The notes beneath the pieces are model-generated. The model searched no databases. It was not told where the DNA came from and saw only the letters and a list, made by a program, of their open reading frames with translations. Shown piece after piece: positions 9,989 to 20,438 of a DNA stretch of 64,000 nt. Both the position numbers and the translations under genes were made by a program. Every line of letters begins with the position of its first letter. Position 1 is the stretch's first letter. This DNA is from an uncultured Verrucomicrobiae bacterium (lineage in GTDB: Bacteria; Verrucomicrobiota; Verrucomicrobiia; Chthoniobacterales; Chthoniobacteraceae): contig CAWHEP010000001.1 in assembly GCA_963828525.1 (NCBI GenBank), positions 32,001 to 96,000 of the forward strand, in the 5' to 3' direction.

Positions 9989-12900
9989 CTAGTCTGAGAG
10001 GAGGAAATTCAGGTCATCCAGGGACAACGCCTTGGAAAACCCTTCATCTGCGAGAACAGACTCGACGAGGAGTTTCTTTTTCTCCTGAAGCTGGCGGATT
10101 TTTTCCTCGATTGTTTGTTTCACAACGAGGCGATAGGCAAAGACGTTCTGGGTCTGCCCGATGCGATGGGTGCGGTCAATGGCTTGGGCTTCGACGGCAG
10201 GGTTCCACCAAGGGTCAAAGAGGATCACGTAAGGAGCGGACGTCAAATTGAGGCCCGCCCCCGCCGCTCGGAGAGAAAGAAGGAATATCAGGGGGCCCTT
10301 TGCTTCCTGGAATTTCTGAACGAGTTCACCGCGATCCTCCGTCTGGCCTGTAAGATAGAGGTGATCCCACTTCCGGTGACGGAATTCCTGCCGCAGGATG
10401 TCGAGCATCGTGACGAATTGGCTGAAGATCAGAACCTTGCTGTTCTCTTCGCGCATGGGGCCGAGGAGATCGAACATGGCGGACATCTTCGCGCTTTCGG
10501 TCTTGGCAAGGGACGGATCAATCAGGGCGGGATGGCAGCAAATCTGGCGGAGACGAATCAGCGTTTGAAGGATGTTGAAGCGTTCCTTGTTGAGAGCCTG
10601 CGTAGTCTTGACTCGCAGGAGCATCGCCTGCGCGCGCTTCAGCTCGGCGCTATACAGGCTGAGCTGGGTGCCCTCCATTTCGCAATGGACGTCTTCCTCA
10701 GTACGCCTGGGAAGTTCCGGGGCAACCTGCTCTTTTGTCCGGCGGAGAAGGAATGGTCGCAATCGGGCTGAAAGCCGCACGCGCGTAAAAGTGTCCTCCC
10801 CTTGATCGAAACGCTTCGAGAAATAAGCGCGCGTGCCGAGAATGCCCGGCATGGCGAAGGCCATGAGGCTCCAGAGATCCATGAGGCGATTCTCGATCGG
10901 GGTGCCGGTGAGCACAAGGCGGTGATCGGCAGTCAAATCCCGGGCGGTGCGGGCGGTCTGAGAAGCCGGGTTCTTTATATTCTGGCCCTCATCGAGAATG
11001 ACGGCGCGCCATGGAATAGCCAGAAGCTCCTTGGAGAGGATGCGCAATTGCGCGTAGTTCACCACGAGCAGGTCAACGTCCTTGAGAAGATCCTGAGTAG
11101 AGCCGGTCTCGGAGAGACCGAATCGTGTTAGACGGAGGCCCGGCGTGAACTTCTCCGCTTCCTTCACCCAAACGTCCATGACGCTTTTGGGGCACACCAC
11201 AAGGCTGGGCTTTCGCTTTTCATCCTGCCCGACAAGCCATGCGAGCCAGGTGAGAGTCTGGAGGGTCTTGCCCAAGCCCATGTCGTCAGCGAGGATTCCG
11301 CCGAAATGATTTTCGGCGAGGTAGGCCAGGAAATGGAAGCCCTCCCGTTGATAAGGGCGAAGATCGGCGTTCACCTCTGCAGGTTGATCGGGAGTGACGC
11401 GAGCTTTGATGGCGGAGGCCCGCTCCCGAATATCAAGCCATGTGTCTCGGGTAAACTCTTTCTCACCGGCCGCATCCGCCAGTTGTAAAACATGGAGACG
11501 CTGGGGTTCTCCGGAGAAGTCGAGAGGATCAAGACCCAAACGAGACATGCGGGCGGCTTTCTCCTCATCGAGGGCAAAGTCGAGACGCTGCCAGCCCTTG
11601 CCTTTAAGACGCACGTGGCGGCCACGGGCTTTGAGGAGGAGTTCAAGCTCCTCAGGAGTGAAATCCAGGTTCGGGGCGTTTAGACGAACGCGGAGATCGA
11701 ACCAGTCGATGGATTTTGCTTCAAGGTCGAATTCAACAGAAGCCTTGACGGCAGGCTGCAAAAGGCTTGCCAGCTCGCCAGTGGCGACGAGGGTGAGATC
11801 ATTCGGCATCTCACCCGCCCATGCGACGAACTCCTCGGCAAAGGCGCGAGTGATGCGGCGCGTCCATTTCCCAACGTTTCCGGGCTCTGGAGTGACCCGG
11901 AGGTGATCAAGCACTCGCGGGACAGAGGCCTGCGCGGACCTGTCAAAAAGAAGAAGGTCTTCAGTGGCCTTGATGTTTCCCCCGATGACTTTCCAGCCGC
12001 CAGCGCGATACTCTTCCACGAGTTCGCCACCGGGAGTTGCCGAGACAACATGCAACTCGAATATCTCTGAGTCGACATAGCGATTCTTCCGCAACTGGCA
12101 GGTAATGGTGACCTTGGCGGAGAGGCGTTGGATACGAACACGGAGCTGCTCCGGTAGATCGGCGCCAGCGCGTTGGAGAGCATCGACGCCCGCCTGCGTC
12201 TCCATGGCTTCGGCAGGGATGAGATGCCTAAGTTCAGCCGCATCGGGAACAAACGGGGGTGGGCCGGGATGAACGGCAGTAGCAGTGACGTAAAAGTAGG
12301 GCGATCCGGGCAGGACGAGGACGGCCCCTTTCACGGGGATTCCCATACTCGTGAAGAGTGCCACTTCGTAGCTGGCAGGCTGGTCGTGACGTTCGGTGCG
12401 CCAGACCAGAGGCTCGTCGTGCCAGTCGAATGGTGATCCAGCGCTATTTGCGAGCCAGGGTCGCAGGCGGGGATCGCGGAAGATGTGGTTCAGCGTGCGG
12501 CGCTGTGTCTCATGCAGGATGGCAAGAGCAGGTTGGAACCACGCGCCAGAGAGTTTTTCGTAGAGAGCCCACATGTAATGGGCTGGGACTGTGAAATGGA
12601 TGCCGCTATCTTTGGGATCCTCGCGGAAGCGACGCCAATCCGACTGACGGACAGGCTTGAAGCGGGTGTCACCGACGGTCTGCCATTCGAGGCGGATGGA
12701 ACGGTGCGAAACAAGAAGGCGCAGTTCGACTTCGGCCTCGGCGCGGGAGGAGGATTGCAGGCCGGCAAGCTGATCCTTCCACTTGTCGATTTCGACTTCA
12801 CGGAGGCGGGCGGAGAGTCTGGCCCGCAGTTCCCCCGATGCCACCATTGTATCAATGGAAGCAAGGTGGAAAAGCTGCTGATCGAGGAAGCGAAGAGCAA

Positions 12901-13222
12901 CGCAGCCGCAGAAATCTCCGAAGCTGTCGAGTTCAGCAGGTATGGACTCCGAGGCAATGTAGATATTGTACGGAGCTGTGGAGATGCGGAAGGAGAGGGT
13001 GTGGGGCTGCTGCCTGCAATGCTTATTGTAGGCTTCAAAGGCGATGAAAAGCTGATCTACGAGGCTGCGTTCGGAAGATTTGGCGGCGCTCCGAATCTGC
13101 TCATAAACGAGTTGGTTCGCGTCTCTGGCGACTGCCCTGACAGACTGGGAGCCAGACTTTGCGGAGGCACGGGCAACCGATGAGCCCACGGCTGCGCTAC
13201 TCCTGGGAGATTTCCATTTCAA
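9989..13222 (-). CDS. SNF2-family helicase
   Basis: LRPYQ, LADDMGLGKT, LDEGQNIKN, TGTPIEN, FSQF, DPWWNPAVEAQAIDRTHRIGQ. Confidence 0.95.
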   Translation of the reverse strand: MKWKSPRSSAAVGSSVARASAKSGSQSVRAVARDANQLVYEQIRSAAKSSERSLVDQLFIAFEAYNKHCRQQPHTLSFRISTAPYNIYIASESIPAELDSFGDFCGCVALRFLDQQLFHLASIDTMVASGELRARLSARLREVEIDKWKDQLAGLQSSSRAEAEVELRLLVSHRSIRLEWQTVGDTRFKPVRQSDWRRFREDPKDSGIHFTVPAHYMWALYEKLSGAWFQPALAILHETQRRTLNHIFRDPRLRPWLANSAGSPFDWHDEPLVWRTERHDQPASYEVALFTSMGIPVKGAVLVLPGSPYFYVTATAVHPGPPPFVPDAAELRHLIPAEAMETQAGVDALQRAGADLPEQLRVRIQRLSAKVTITCQLRKNRYVDSEIFELHVVSATPGGELVEEYRAGGWKVIGGNIKATEDLLLFDRSAQASVPRVLDHLRVTPEPGNVGKWTRRITRAFAEEFVAWAGEMPNDLTLVATGELASLLQPAVKASVEFDLEAKSIDWFDLRVRLNAPNLDFTPEELELLLKARGRHVRLKGKGWQRLDFALDEEKAARMSRLGLDPLDFSGEPQRLHVLQLADAAGEKEFTRDTWLDIRERASAIKARVTPDQPAEVNADLRPYQREGFHFLAYLAENHFGGILADDMGLGKTLQTLTWLAWLVGQDEKRKPSLVVCPKSVMDVWVKEAEKFTPGLRLTRFGLSETGSTQDLLKDVDLLVVNYAQLRILSKELLAIPWRAVILDEGQNIKNPASQTARTARDLTADHRLVLTGTPIENRLMDLWSLMAFAMPGILGTRAYFSKRFDQGEDTFTRVRLSARLRPFLLRRTKEQVAPELPRRTEEDVHCEMEGTQLSLYSAELKRAQAMLLRVKTTQALNKERFNILQTLIRLRQICCHPALIDPSLAKTESAKMSAMFDLLGPMREENSKVLIFSQFVTMLDILRQEFRHRKWDHLYLTGQTEDRGELVQKFQEAKGPLIFLLSLRAAGAGLNLTSAPYVILFDPWWNPAVEAQAIDRTHRIGQTQNVFAYRLVVKQTIEEKIRQLQEKKKLLVESVLADEGFSKALSLDDLNFLLSD

Positions 13223-13376
13223 AGAGGGTCAATGTAGCTCGTGTGGCCCGCGATGCGCAACTCTGAAGCGGCTTTTGCTCGCCCTGGCCGGTGGCGTTTT
13301 AAGTTTGTATTGAGAGGCGGTTCCGCGGCGCGGGGAGGCGGCGGACGCCAGAAAAAAGCGCCGAGGGAGGGCTGCT

Positions 13377-14168
13377 TCAGGAACTCGCGCTGGAGTAGTG
13401 GCCCAAGGCCGTCTTCCAGAAGAGTCGTGTGACAGTCAGGATGAGGAGGGCGGCGCAGGGGAGCTGGAAAGCGGCCCAGCCGGGATGGTCGAGCGCGCGG
13501 ACGAGGATGCGGGCCGGAATGTTCGCGACGATGATGACCGGTATGAGCCAGCTAAAAATGAATTTGAAGACGCCTTTGAAGACAACGTCGGGGTAGCGGG
13601 CTATGTTAAAAATGCTGAAGTAGCCGTAGATGAGGCCTTGCGCTCGAACGATGTAGAAGCTGACAGTAGCGAGGAAGAACATGATGGAATAGTGAATCGC
13701 TATTCCGAGGCAAACAGCGCCCCCGTAGAGCAGGATCTGAAATGGCGAGGGAACGATGGCGAGTTTCGCGAGGGAGAAGGTGACAATGCCGACGCCGACG
13801 AGCGCGCTCACGACACTGTCCAGTCCGAATTGCCGGGTCGAAACGGCGAACTGGGCATCGACGGGGAGAAGAAGCATGAAGTCGAGCTTCCCGGTTCTGA
13901 CCAATTCCGGGATATTCGCTAAATTGACGTAGAAGAAAGCCTGGAAGAGCTGACCAATGATTTGATGCGTGCCGGCGAGGAGAACAACCTCCCACTTTGA
14001 CCAGTCGCCAATCTTATTAACGTAGAGGTAGATGACATTGATGAAGACGAGCTGGCCGACAAACCAGAGCATCTCGACGGCCATCCACAGAAGGAAGTTG
14101 ATCTTGAAGTTCATCTCGCGAATGAGCGAGTTGCGCATCATGATCCAGTAGATTTCCAGGTATCTCAA
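13377..14168 (-). CDS. ABC-2 family transporter permease (DUF990-like)
   Basis: About 6 TM helices; GKLDFMLLLPVD, RYP, C-terminal YSSASS. Confidence 0.8.
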   Translation of the reverse strand: MRYLEIYWIMMRNSLIREMNFKINFLLWMAVEMLWFVGQLVFINVIYLYVNKIGDWSKWEVVLLAGTHQIIGQLFQAFFYVNLANIPELVRTGKLDFMLLLPVDAQFAVSTRQFGLDSVVSALVGVGIVTFSLAKLAIVPSPFQILLYGGAVCLGIAIHYSIMFFLATVSFYIVRAQGLIYGYFSIFNIARYPDVVFKGVFKFIFSWLIPVIIVANIPARILVRALDHPGWAAFQLPCAALLILTVTRLFWKTALGHYSSASS

Positions 14169-14266
14169 CGCGAAGGGCAGGCAGGAAACATTTACGCTAG
14201 ACAGCGAGGCGTTTAGAGGAACACGGAAGAGGGAAGAAGGAGTGGTCCGACAGTCGCCGCGGCGAG

Positions 14267-15190
14267 CTATTTCAGTTTCAAAAGTGTGTCCTTCAGAGCG
14301 CGGGCCGAGGTCTGGAGCCCATTGGCCTCCTTGGGCCAGAGCTCGAGTTCGATCTGTTGGACGACGCCGGCGCGACCAACGACCGTTGGCACGCTGATGG
14401 AGACATCACGCAAGCCGTAAACGCCGTTGACGAAACTGGAAACCGGAAGGATGCGCTGCCGGTCCAGAGCTATGCAATCGATGACTTCGCGGATGGCAAC
14501 GCCGACCGCCCAGCCCGCTCCGCCTTTTCTGGAAATGACTTCCGCGCCGCTCTTCTGGGTTCGTTCAAAAATCTGAGCTTGAAAGGTGGGAGTGAGGCCG
14601 GGAAATTTAAGGAGAGGGAAGCCATCAACGGTGGCGGAGGACCAGATGGGCAGCATGGTGTCACCGTGCTCGCCGAGGATCATCGCGCGTACTTGTGTCG
14701 GCGGAAGTTTCAGCGACGAGGCGATTAGAGAGCAGAACCGGGATGTATCGAGCATGGTGCCCAGCCCGAGTACCTGTCTCTCCGGAAGTCCCGTTTCCTT
14801 GAGGGCCAGATAGGTGAGGATGTCCACGGGGTTCGAGACGACAAAGATGATGGCGTCTTTTTTCATGCCGGCCTGCTTCAGGCTTTTAAGGATGCCGCGG
14901 AAGAGTTCGACATTGCGATTTATGAGGTCCAGCCGCGACTCATCCGGCTTGCGTCGCAGACCGGCGGTAATGCAGATGATATCGGCATCCGCGCAGTCCG
15001 CGTAATTGGCAGCGTAAATGCGCTGGTCGGCGCAAAAGGCAGCCCCGTGCAGAAGGTCGAGGGCTTCACCCTCCGCCGTGGCTTGGTTGGCATCGAGAAT
15101 GGCGAGTTCGTTAACGATGCCTGAGCATTGAAGCGCGAACGCGGCGCATGAGCCAACTCTGCCGCCTCCTCCGATAATGGCTACTTTCAT
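14267..15190 (-). CDS. Lactate/malate dehydrogenase family protein of the PVM microcompartment locus
   Basis: GGGGRVG, TAGLRRKPDESRLDL, VSNPVD, LDTSR, GEHGD. Confidence 0.9.
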   Translation of the reverse strand: MKVAIIGGGGRVGSCAAFALQCSGIVNELAILDANQATAEGEALDLLHGAAFCADQRIYAANYADCADADIICITAGLRRKPDESRLDLINRNVELFRGILKSLKQAGMKKDAIIFVVSNPVDILTYLALKETGLPERQVLGLGTMLDTSRFCSLIASSLKLPPTQVRAMILGEHGDTMLPIWSSATVDGFPLLKFPGLTPTFQAQIFERTQKSGAEVISRKGGAGWAVGVAIREVIDCIALDRQRILPVSSFVNGVYGLRDVSISVPTVVGRAGVVQQIELELWPKEANGLQTSARALKDTLLKLK

Positions 15191-15192
15191 GG

Positions 15193-16239
15193 TCAGGAGA
15201 CTTTCTTGAGATTGGAAACGATTTCTTCTGTCAGCTTTTGGACAAGGCTTTCGAGTTCGGCAGCGGACATATTGGAGGAGTCATTCTGAGACGCGGTGGT
15301 GGAGCAGCCACAGCTTTTGCCGCCCATTTGTGTCCAGGGATCAACCTCGCAAAGTTCAGCGGGCTTAAGCTCAAAGCGATTATCCGGCAGGCCCATTTTC
15401 TTTTTCATGTCGAGAAGATCCCCCAGCTTCTCGCACGGAATAGCCGCGCCACCCGGAAGCGACTGCGCATGGATGACAGTGCGACAGTAAGCGTCCGTTA
15501 TCTCCATTTTGAAGTAAGCGTCTTCAACAGACTTTCCCCAACAGATCACGCCGTGGTTGCCCATGAGAATCGATTGATGGCGCGGAGCCAGCGGAAAGAT
15601 TTCCGCGGCGATGTCCACACCGCCTGGAGTTTTGTACGGGGTGTAAGCAACCTGGCCAACGAACACCTCAAGCTCGGGGATGAGACGAGGGGGAGGCTGA
15701 AGGCCCTTAATGGCGAACGCGCCAGCATAGCAGGGGTGGGCATGACAGACTGAGGCTGCTTCGGGTGTGGAACGATAGATGGCGGCATGAGTGGTGAACT
15801 CGCTGGAGCGCTTCCATGTGCCACCGAGCTGGTTGCCGGCGATATCCACCATCGACATCATGTCCGGAGTCATGAAGCCTTTGCTGACGCCCGTAGGGGT
15901 CACGATGAAGCGGTCGGGGCCGAGGCGGCAGGAGATGTTGCCGCCGTTGCCATCGCAATACTCGCGCATCCAGATTCGCCGTCCGATATCGCAAATTTGC
16001 TCCTTGAGTTTCTGGGCTTCGGAAGAGGCGAAGAGTTGCTGATCGGAACTGGAACCCGAAGAGGTAACCGCAGGGCTGGCGGCGCTTGATCCGTTGGCAG
16101 CGTCGAAAATGACCTTTATACCGGCTTCGGTAAGGACGTCCTTTGCTCCGGGAGTGACGCGGGTTTCCCGATCATAACGAAATTCCTTGGCGCCAGTTTT
16201 GGCGAATTCCTCGGCTTCATGTTGCGCGAATAGTTTCAT
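15193..16239 (-). CDS. Class II aldolase (fuculose/rhamnulose-phosphate aldolase-like) with N-terminal extra domain and C-terminal encapsulation peptide
   Basis: GNIS, TPTGVSKG, SSE..H, HAH, NHG; tail AAELESLVQKLTEEIVSNL. Confidence 0.9.
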   Translation of the reverse strand: MKLFAQHEAEEFAKTGAKEFRYDRETRVTPGAKDVLTEAGIKVIFDAANGSSAASPAVTSSGSSSDQQLFASSEAQKLKEQICDIGRRIWMREYCDGNGGNISCRLGPDRFIVTPTGVSKGFMTPDMMSMVDIAGNQLGGTWKRSSEFTTHAAIYRSTPEAASVCHAHPCYAGAFAIKGLQPPPRLIPELEVFVGQVAYTPYKTPGGVDIAAEIFPLAPRHQSILMGNHGVICWGKSVEDAYFKMEITDAYCRTVIHAQSLPGGAAIPCEKLGDLLDMKKKMGLPDNRFELKPAELCEVDPWTQMGGKSCGCSTTASQNDSSNMSAAELESLVQKLTEEIVSNLKKVS

Positions 16240-16520
16240 GTTTGCTCCTTGTAAAAGATTTCATCCACGAGCGCGGCGCAGTAGGCGTCCACCGGGATTG
16301 GCGATGGAAATGGGCAAGCGGCTTCGCGCCCTTCGCTGATAGCGATGTTCTGGCCGATATTGGCGCCCGACTGGTCGTAAACGACAATAGCGGGATCGTA
16401 TTGCCCGCCCTTGGTGTAGGTCTCCCGCCTCCAAGGCAGTGTGAGGAGAAGGCGCTCGCCAGAGATTTTCTTGTGACGCGCGGAAAGCGTTACGCGCCCG
16501 ATGACGGTGCCGACCCTCAT
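16236..16520 (-). CDS. BMC vertex (BMC-P, EutN/CcmL family) protein
   Basis: MRVGTVIGRVT..YDQSGA..SEGREA..PVDAYCAALVD; ATGA overlap with upstream gene. Confidence 0.88.
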   Translation of the reverse strand: MRVGTVIGRVTLSARHKKISGERLLLTLPWRRETYTKGGQYDPAIVVYDQSGANIGQNIAISEGREAACPFPSPIPVDAYCAALVDEIFYKEQT

Positions 16521-16780
16521 GCCGCCGCGCTCCTCTCGGGATCGATAATGCCGACTACGCACCACCGGGCCGGGCTATGATCATCTCCGACCATGGCGCG
16601 GGCCTCGCCGCCGTCACTCGATAAAAGCACGCGCTGGTTCACGCCCGCGCCGAGGGAATCGATCACCAATTGAGGAGCGAGATCCGGGCTTTCGGGAAAG
16701 GCGATGAGCAGTCTCCAGCCGTTCAAGCTCGGGTGTTTGACAGTTGCGATCGCGTGACCTTTTATGATGGCGGTGCGCAC
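16517..16780 (-). CDS. BMC vertex (BMC-P, EutN/CcmL family) protein
   Basis: ATVKHPSLNG..DSLGAG..VVGIID. Confidence 0.9.
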   Translation of the reverse strand: MRTAIIKGHAIATVKHPSLNGWRLLIAFPESPDLAPQLVIDSLGAGVNQRVLLSSDGGEARAMVGDDHSPARWCVVGIIDPERSAAA

Positions 16781-16787
16781 GGTTTCC

Positions 16788-18206
16788 CTAGAAAAGGTTT
16801 AACTCCTCCACCATGACGCACCGGCGGGAACGGGTGAAGGTCATGGGTGTGGTGACCCCTTCGCCGGTCGGGGTGGCTATGCTGAAGCTTAGAAACCCCT
16901 CCCCGCCAAGACCAAGGCCTGTCATACAGGGGCCGTTTTTGATGAAGAGGGTGGTGTCCACCGCCTGTACCATCTTCGTAAGGTTGCGAATGTTCAGTGA
17001 GTGCATGATTGCCGTGTGCTTGTAGTTATGCTCCGCGTGAATGGCGGCCTTGATCGCGGCATCGACATTTGGCACGCGGACCAGCGGGATGAAAGGCATC
17101 ATCTGCTCTTCTTCGACGAAAAGATGATCAGCGCTGGTTTCGCCAAAAAGGAGTTGCGTGGCCGGCGGAACATCGAGGCCGATGGCCTTGGCAAGCACCG
17201 AGGCGTCTCGGCCGACGAGCTTCTTGTTCACAGTGGGGTGGGATGCATTTTCGGCGGTTACGAACGCCACTTTTGTGAGAGCCTCGACCTGCCGGGAGTC
17301 CAAAAGCACGGCCCCCGCCTTTTTGAGGGACGTGATGAGCGCGTCGGCGGCAGAAGCGACTACGAAAATCTCCTTCTCGCCGATGCAGAGAAGGTTGTTG
17401 TCATACGCGGCGCCTTGGATGATATCGCGCGCGGCCTTATCGAAATCGGCGGATTCATCCACTACCACGGGCGGATTTCCAGGTCCCGCGCATACCGCCC
17501 GTTTGCCGCTGAGCATGGCGGCCTTCACAACGGCTGGACCTCCGGTCACGCAGAGGAGGCGTACCTTTGGATGCTTGATCATGATGTCAAACGTTTCCAG
17601 CGTCGGCTTCACGACCGTGCATAGCAGATCAGGGATCCCGGTCTCGGCGAAGATGGCCTCGTTGTAAGCGCGTATGGCGGTGGCCGCGCAGCCGCATGCC
17701 GCAGGATGCGTATTGAAGACGACTGAATTTCCCGCGGCGATCATATTGATCGCGTTGCCAGTAAGAGTTGGAACGCTGTGTGTGGAAGGCGTGACGGCCC
17801 CGATGACTCCCCAAGGCGCGAAATCGATCACCGTCAGACCGAAGTCGCCACTGAAGGCATGACGCTCAATAAATTCGACTCCTGGAACGAGGTCGCCGCA
17901 GATGCGGAGCTTCTCGATTTTATGATCCAAGCGACCGATCTTTGTCTCCGCGAACTCGATCTCCCCCCATTCCCTCGCCTTTTGCACGCACATGCGGCGG
18001 ATGACCTGAATGGCGCTCTTCCGGGCAGAGACACCGAGCTCTTTGAGCTTTTCGAAGGAAGCATCGGCAGCCACAATTGCCTCTTCCATGCGATTATAAA
18101 CACCGAATCCGGAGTTTACAGGCTTCATGGACTGGGTTTGAGATTGGAGGCGGGCGAGCACTTCGCTCACCACCTTTGAGACAAGCTTTTCGTCAATGGA
18201 TGGCAT
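16788..18206 (-). CDS. CoA-acylating aldehyde dehydrogenase (EutE/PduP-like) with N-terminal encapsulation peptide
   Basis: PWGVIGAVTP, TGGPAVV, AGPGNPP, DNNLLCIGEKE, EQMMP, GEGVT; N-terminal IDEKLVSKVVSEVLARL. Confidence 0.93.
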   Translation of the reverse strand: MPSIDEKLVSKVVSEVLARLQSQTQSMKPVNSGFGVYNRMEEAIVAADASFEKLKELGVSARKSAIQVIRRMCVQKAREWGEIEFAETKIGRLDHKIEKLRICGDLVPGVEFIERHAFSGDFGLTVIDFAPWGVIGAVTPSTHSVPTLTGNAINMIAAGNSVVFNTHPAACGCAATAIRAYNEAIFAETGIPDLLCTVVKPTLETFDIMIKHPKVRLLCVTGGPAVVKAAMLSGKRAVCAGPGNPPVVVDESADFDKAARDIIQGAAYDNNLLCIGEKEIFVVASAADALITSLKKAGAVLLDSRQVEALTKVAFVTAENASHPTVNKKLVGRDASVLAKAIGLDVPPATQLLFGETSADHLFVEEEQMMPFIPLVRVPNVDAAIKAAIHAEHNYKHTAIMHSLNIRNLTKMVQAVDTTLFIKNGPCMTGLGLGGEGFLSFSIATPTGEGVTTPMTFTRSRRCVMVEELNLF

Positions 18207-18218
18207 GTTGTGTCAGAG

Positions 18219-18527
18219 CTATTCAGCCCGGTAGATGATTGTTTTTCCCAGATCAACAGTGTCAACGATCCCGATCACAACGGCGTCCACGGGAGAATCC
18301 TTATCCTCCGCGCCGAGCCGGGCGGAACTGCCCTGCACGATGAGAACGACCTCGTTCATGCCGGCCCCGAGCGAATCGACAACGACAATGGTGCTCGTGC
18401 CGGGCCGGAACTCCGCGGCGGCGGGTGAGTCCATGACAAGCGGGCGGACAACAAGAAACTTGTTGCCTAGCATCTTCGCGTTCTTTTTTGTTGCGACGAT
18501 GCTGCCTTCAACGCGCGCTAGAATCAT
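18219..18527 (-). CDS. BMC vertex (BMC-P, EutN/CcmL family) protein
   Basis: ARVEGSIVATKK..DSLGAG..GSSAR..PVDAVVIGIVD. Confidence 0.93.
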   Translation of the reverse strand: MILARVEGSIVATKKNAKMLGNKFLVVRPLVMDSPAAAEFRPGTSTIVVVDSLGAGMNEVVLIVQGSSARLGAEDKDSPVDAVVIGIVDTVDLGKTIIYRAE

Positions 18528-18554
18528 AGGTATGCGGAGTGCGGCGCCTTGGAT

Positions 18555-18848
18555 TTACTTGGCGGGAAGGGTTGGCTTTGGCAGCACATTCGCGAGATCA
18601 TTATGAGGACGCGCGATCACGCTGACACTGACGACTTCACCCAAAGATTGGGCGGCGGCTTTGCCAGCCTCGGTGGCTGCTTTTACCGCGGCGACATCGC
18701 CCGTCACGCAGACGGTCACCATCGCGTTCCCAACTTGAACCATGGGGCCCATGAGCTCCACGTTGGCGGATTTCAGCATTGCATCCGTCGCCTCCACCAA
18801 GGCGGTGAGTCCGCGTGTTTCGATCATTCCAAGCGCTTGTTGTGCCAT
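18555..18848 (-). CDS. BMC hexameric shell protein (BMC-H)
   Basis: [36 protein letters not shown]. Confidence 0.95.
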   Translation of the reverse strand: MAQQALGMIETRGLTALVEATDAMLKSANVELMGPMVQVGNAMVTVCVTGDVAAVKAATEAGKAAAQSLGEVVSVSVIARPHNDLANVLPKPTLPAK

Positions 18849-18857
18849 AATTTTAAC

Positions 18858-20063
18858 CTAGTTGTTTGTTTGTTGTGTTGATGAAAGCTTGCGCCACGCG
18901 TTGCGGGCGATGATTATTTCTTCGTTGGTTGGAACGACACGCACTTCCACACGGGAGGACGGCGTCGAAATAATCCCCTCCTTGCCGCGGATGGTGGCGG
19001 AGTTTGCGGCCGCGTCCAGTTCCAGGCCGCAGAAGCCGAGATTCGCGCAGACCTTCTCACGCAGCAAGTCGTCGTTTTCTCCGATACCCGCAGTGAAAGC
19101 GAGAACGTCGGCTCCGTTCAACTCGACAAGGAACTGGCCGATGTATTTGCGAATGGCGTTGGAAAATACCTCAATGGCGACGCGGGCATTTTCGCTGCCG
19201 CCAGCAGCGGCTTCGATGAGATCGCGAGCGTCTCCAGTCGGAAGGCCGGACATGCCTTTGAGGCCAGACTCGGAGACAAGGGCCTTCTCGACGGCGTCAA
19301 TGCCGAGGCCAAGATCGCGAGCAAGATAAATGAAAGCGAACACGTCGAAATCTCCGACTCGGTTATTCTGGGGAAGGCCGCTTTGGGGGGTCATACCCCA
19401 ACTGGAGTTGACGGCAGCGCCATTTTTCACAGCAGCAATGGAGGAACTGCCGCCAAGATGGCAGGAGATGATGCGAAGCGCCTGAGAGCCGCGGAGTTCG
19501 GCGCAACGTTCGGTGACGTATCGGTGGCTGGCGCCGTGAAACCCGTGGCGACGGATGCCATAATCCGCTTCCCACCGAAGAGGCACAGGGTAGCGGTAAC
19601 TTTCAACGGGTACATCGTCGTAGAAGGCAGTTTCAAATGTGCCGATGCAGGGGAGTTCCGGGTGAGTGCGGTGGAAGCTGCGCACTGCCGCGACGTAAGG
19701 AGGGTTGTGAGCGGGGAGGAGCGTGTTGATTTCCTCCATCGCTTTGAGAACCGGTTCGTCCAGCAATTGAGTGCCCGAATAGCCGCGGGCCATCACCGGC
19801 TTGAAACCGATGGCGGCGAGATCCTGGAATCCACCCAGGGCACGTTCCACAAATGCAATCGCGGCGGAGTAGTCGGGAAACACGCTGGCGCCTTCCAGGG
19901 GCTCATCTTCCCCTATGGCGTATCTGTAAGTGGATTCGACGCAGCCAATGCGCTCGATGCCACCTTTGGCAAGGAGGCGCTCGGACGGCATTTCAAACAA
20001 GCGGAACTTGAATGAAGTGCTGCCGATATTGGCGACGAGAATCTGGTTTCGAATCAATGGCAA
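18858..20063 (-). CDS. ackA: Acetate/propionate kinase
   Basis: NIGSTSFK, PAHNP, FETAF, GFHGASH, CHLGGSSS, FTAGIGEN, PTNEE. Confidence 0.9.
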   Translation of the reverse strand: MPLIRNQILVANIGSTSFKFRLFEMPSERLLAKGGIERIGCVESTYRYAIGEDEPLEGASVFPDYSAAIAFVERALGGFQDLAAIGFKPVMARGYSGTQLLDEPVLKAMEEINTLLPAHNPPYVAAVRSFHRTHPELPCIGTFETAFYDDVPVESYRYPVPLRWEADYGIRRHGFHGASHRYVTERCAELRGSQALRIISCHLGGSSSIAAVKNGAAVNSSWGMTPQSGLPQNNRVGDFDVFAFIYLARDLGLGIDAVEKALVSESGLKGMSGLPTGDARDLIEAAAGGSENARVAIEVFSNAIRKYIGQFLVELNGADVLAFTAGIGENDDLLREKVCANLGFCGLELDAAANSATIRGKEGIISTPSSRVEVRVVPTNEEIIIARNAWRKLSSTQQTNN

Positions 20064-20114
20064 AGCCCGGATGGAGAGACCGGACGGGTGAAGATGATGT
20101 TTATTGGACGGAAC

Positions 20115-20420
20115 TTACTTTCCAGGAGCGGGCGCGGCGGGTTTGCCCAAAAACTTCCCGAGCCCGCGGAGGTCATCGTGAGGACGCGGAATGACATGCA
20201 CGGCGACAACCTCGCCTATCGTGCTCGCCGCAGTCGCGCCCGCTTCAACCGCCGCCTTCACGGCGGCAACTTCACCGCGGACGAAGACGGTCACATTTCC
20301 TGAGCCGATTTTTTCCCAGCCGATGAGATCGACGTTTGCAGCCTTCAACATTGCGTCCGTCGCCTCAAATTGAGCGACGAGACCTTTGGTTTCAAGAATT
20401 CCGAGTGCCATGCCAGCCAT
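20115..20420 (-). CDS. BMC hexameric shell protein (BMC-H)
   Basis: [34 protein letters not shown]. Confidence 0.95.
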   Translation of the reverse strand: MAGMALGILETKGLVAQFEATDAMLKAANVDLIGWEKIGSGNVTVFVRGEVAAVKAAVEAGATAASTIGEVVAVHVIPRPHDDLRGLGKFLGKPAAPAPGK

Positions 20421-20438
20421 AAGTTGTTTCCTTTCGAG

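Noticed and set aside
9989..13222. SNF2 helicase as part of an anti-phage system
   Set aside because: No methylase, nuclease or other defence genes nearby; looks like the common stand-alone type, with at most a degenerate SWIM motif
13377..14168. Permease as the microcompartment sugar importer
   Set aside because: ABC-2 exporter-type permease with no binding protein or ATPase nearby; adjacency alone is insufficient
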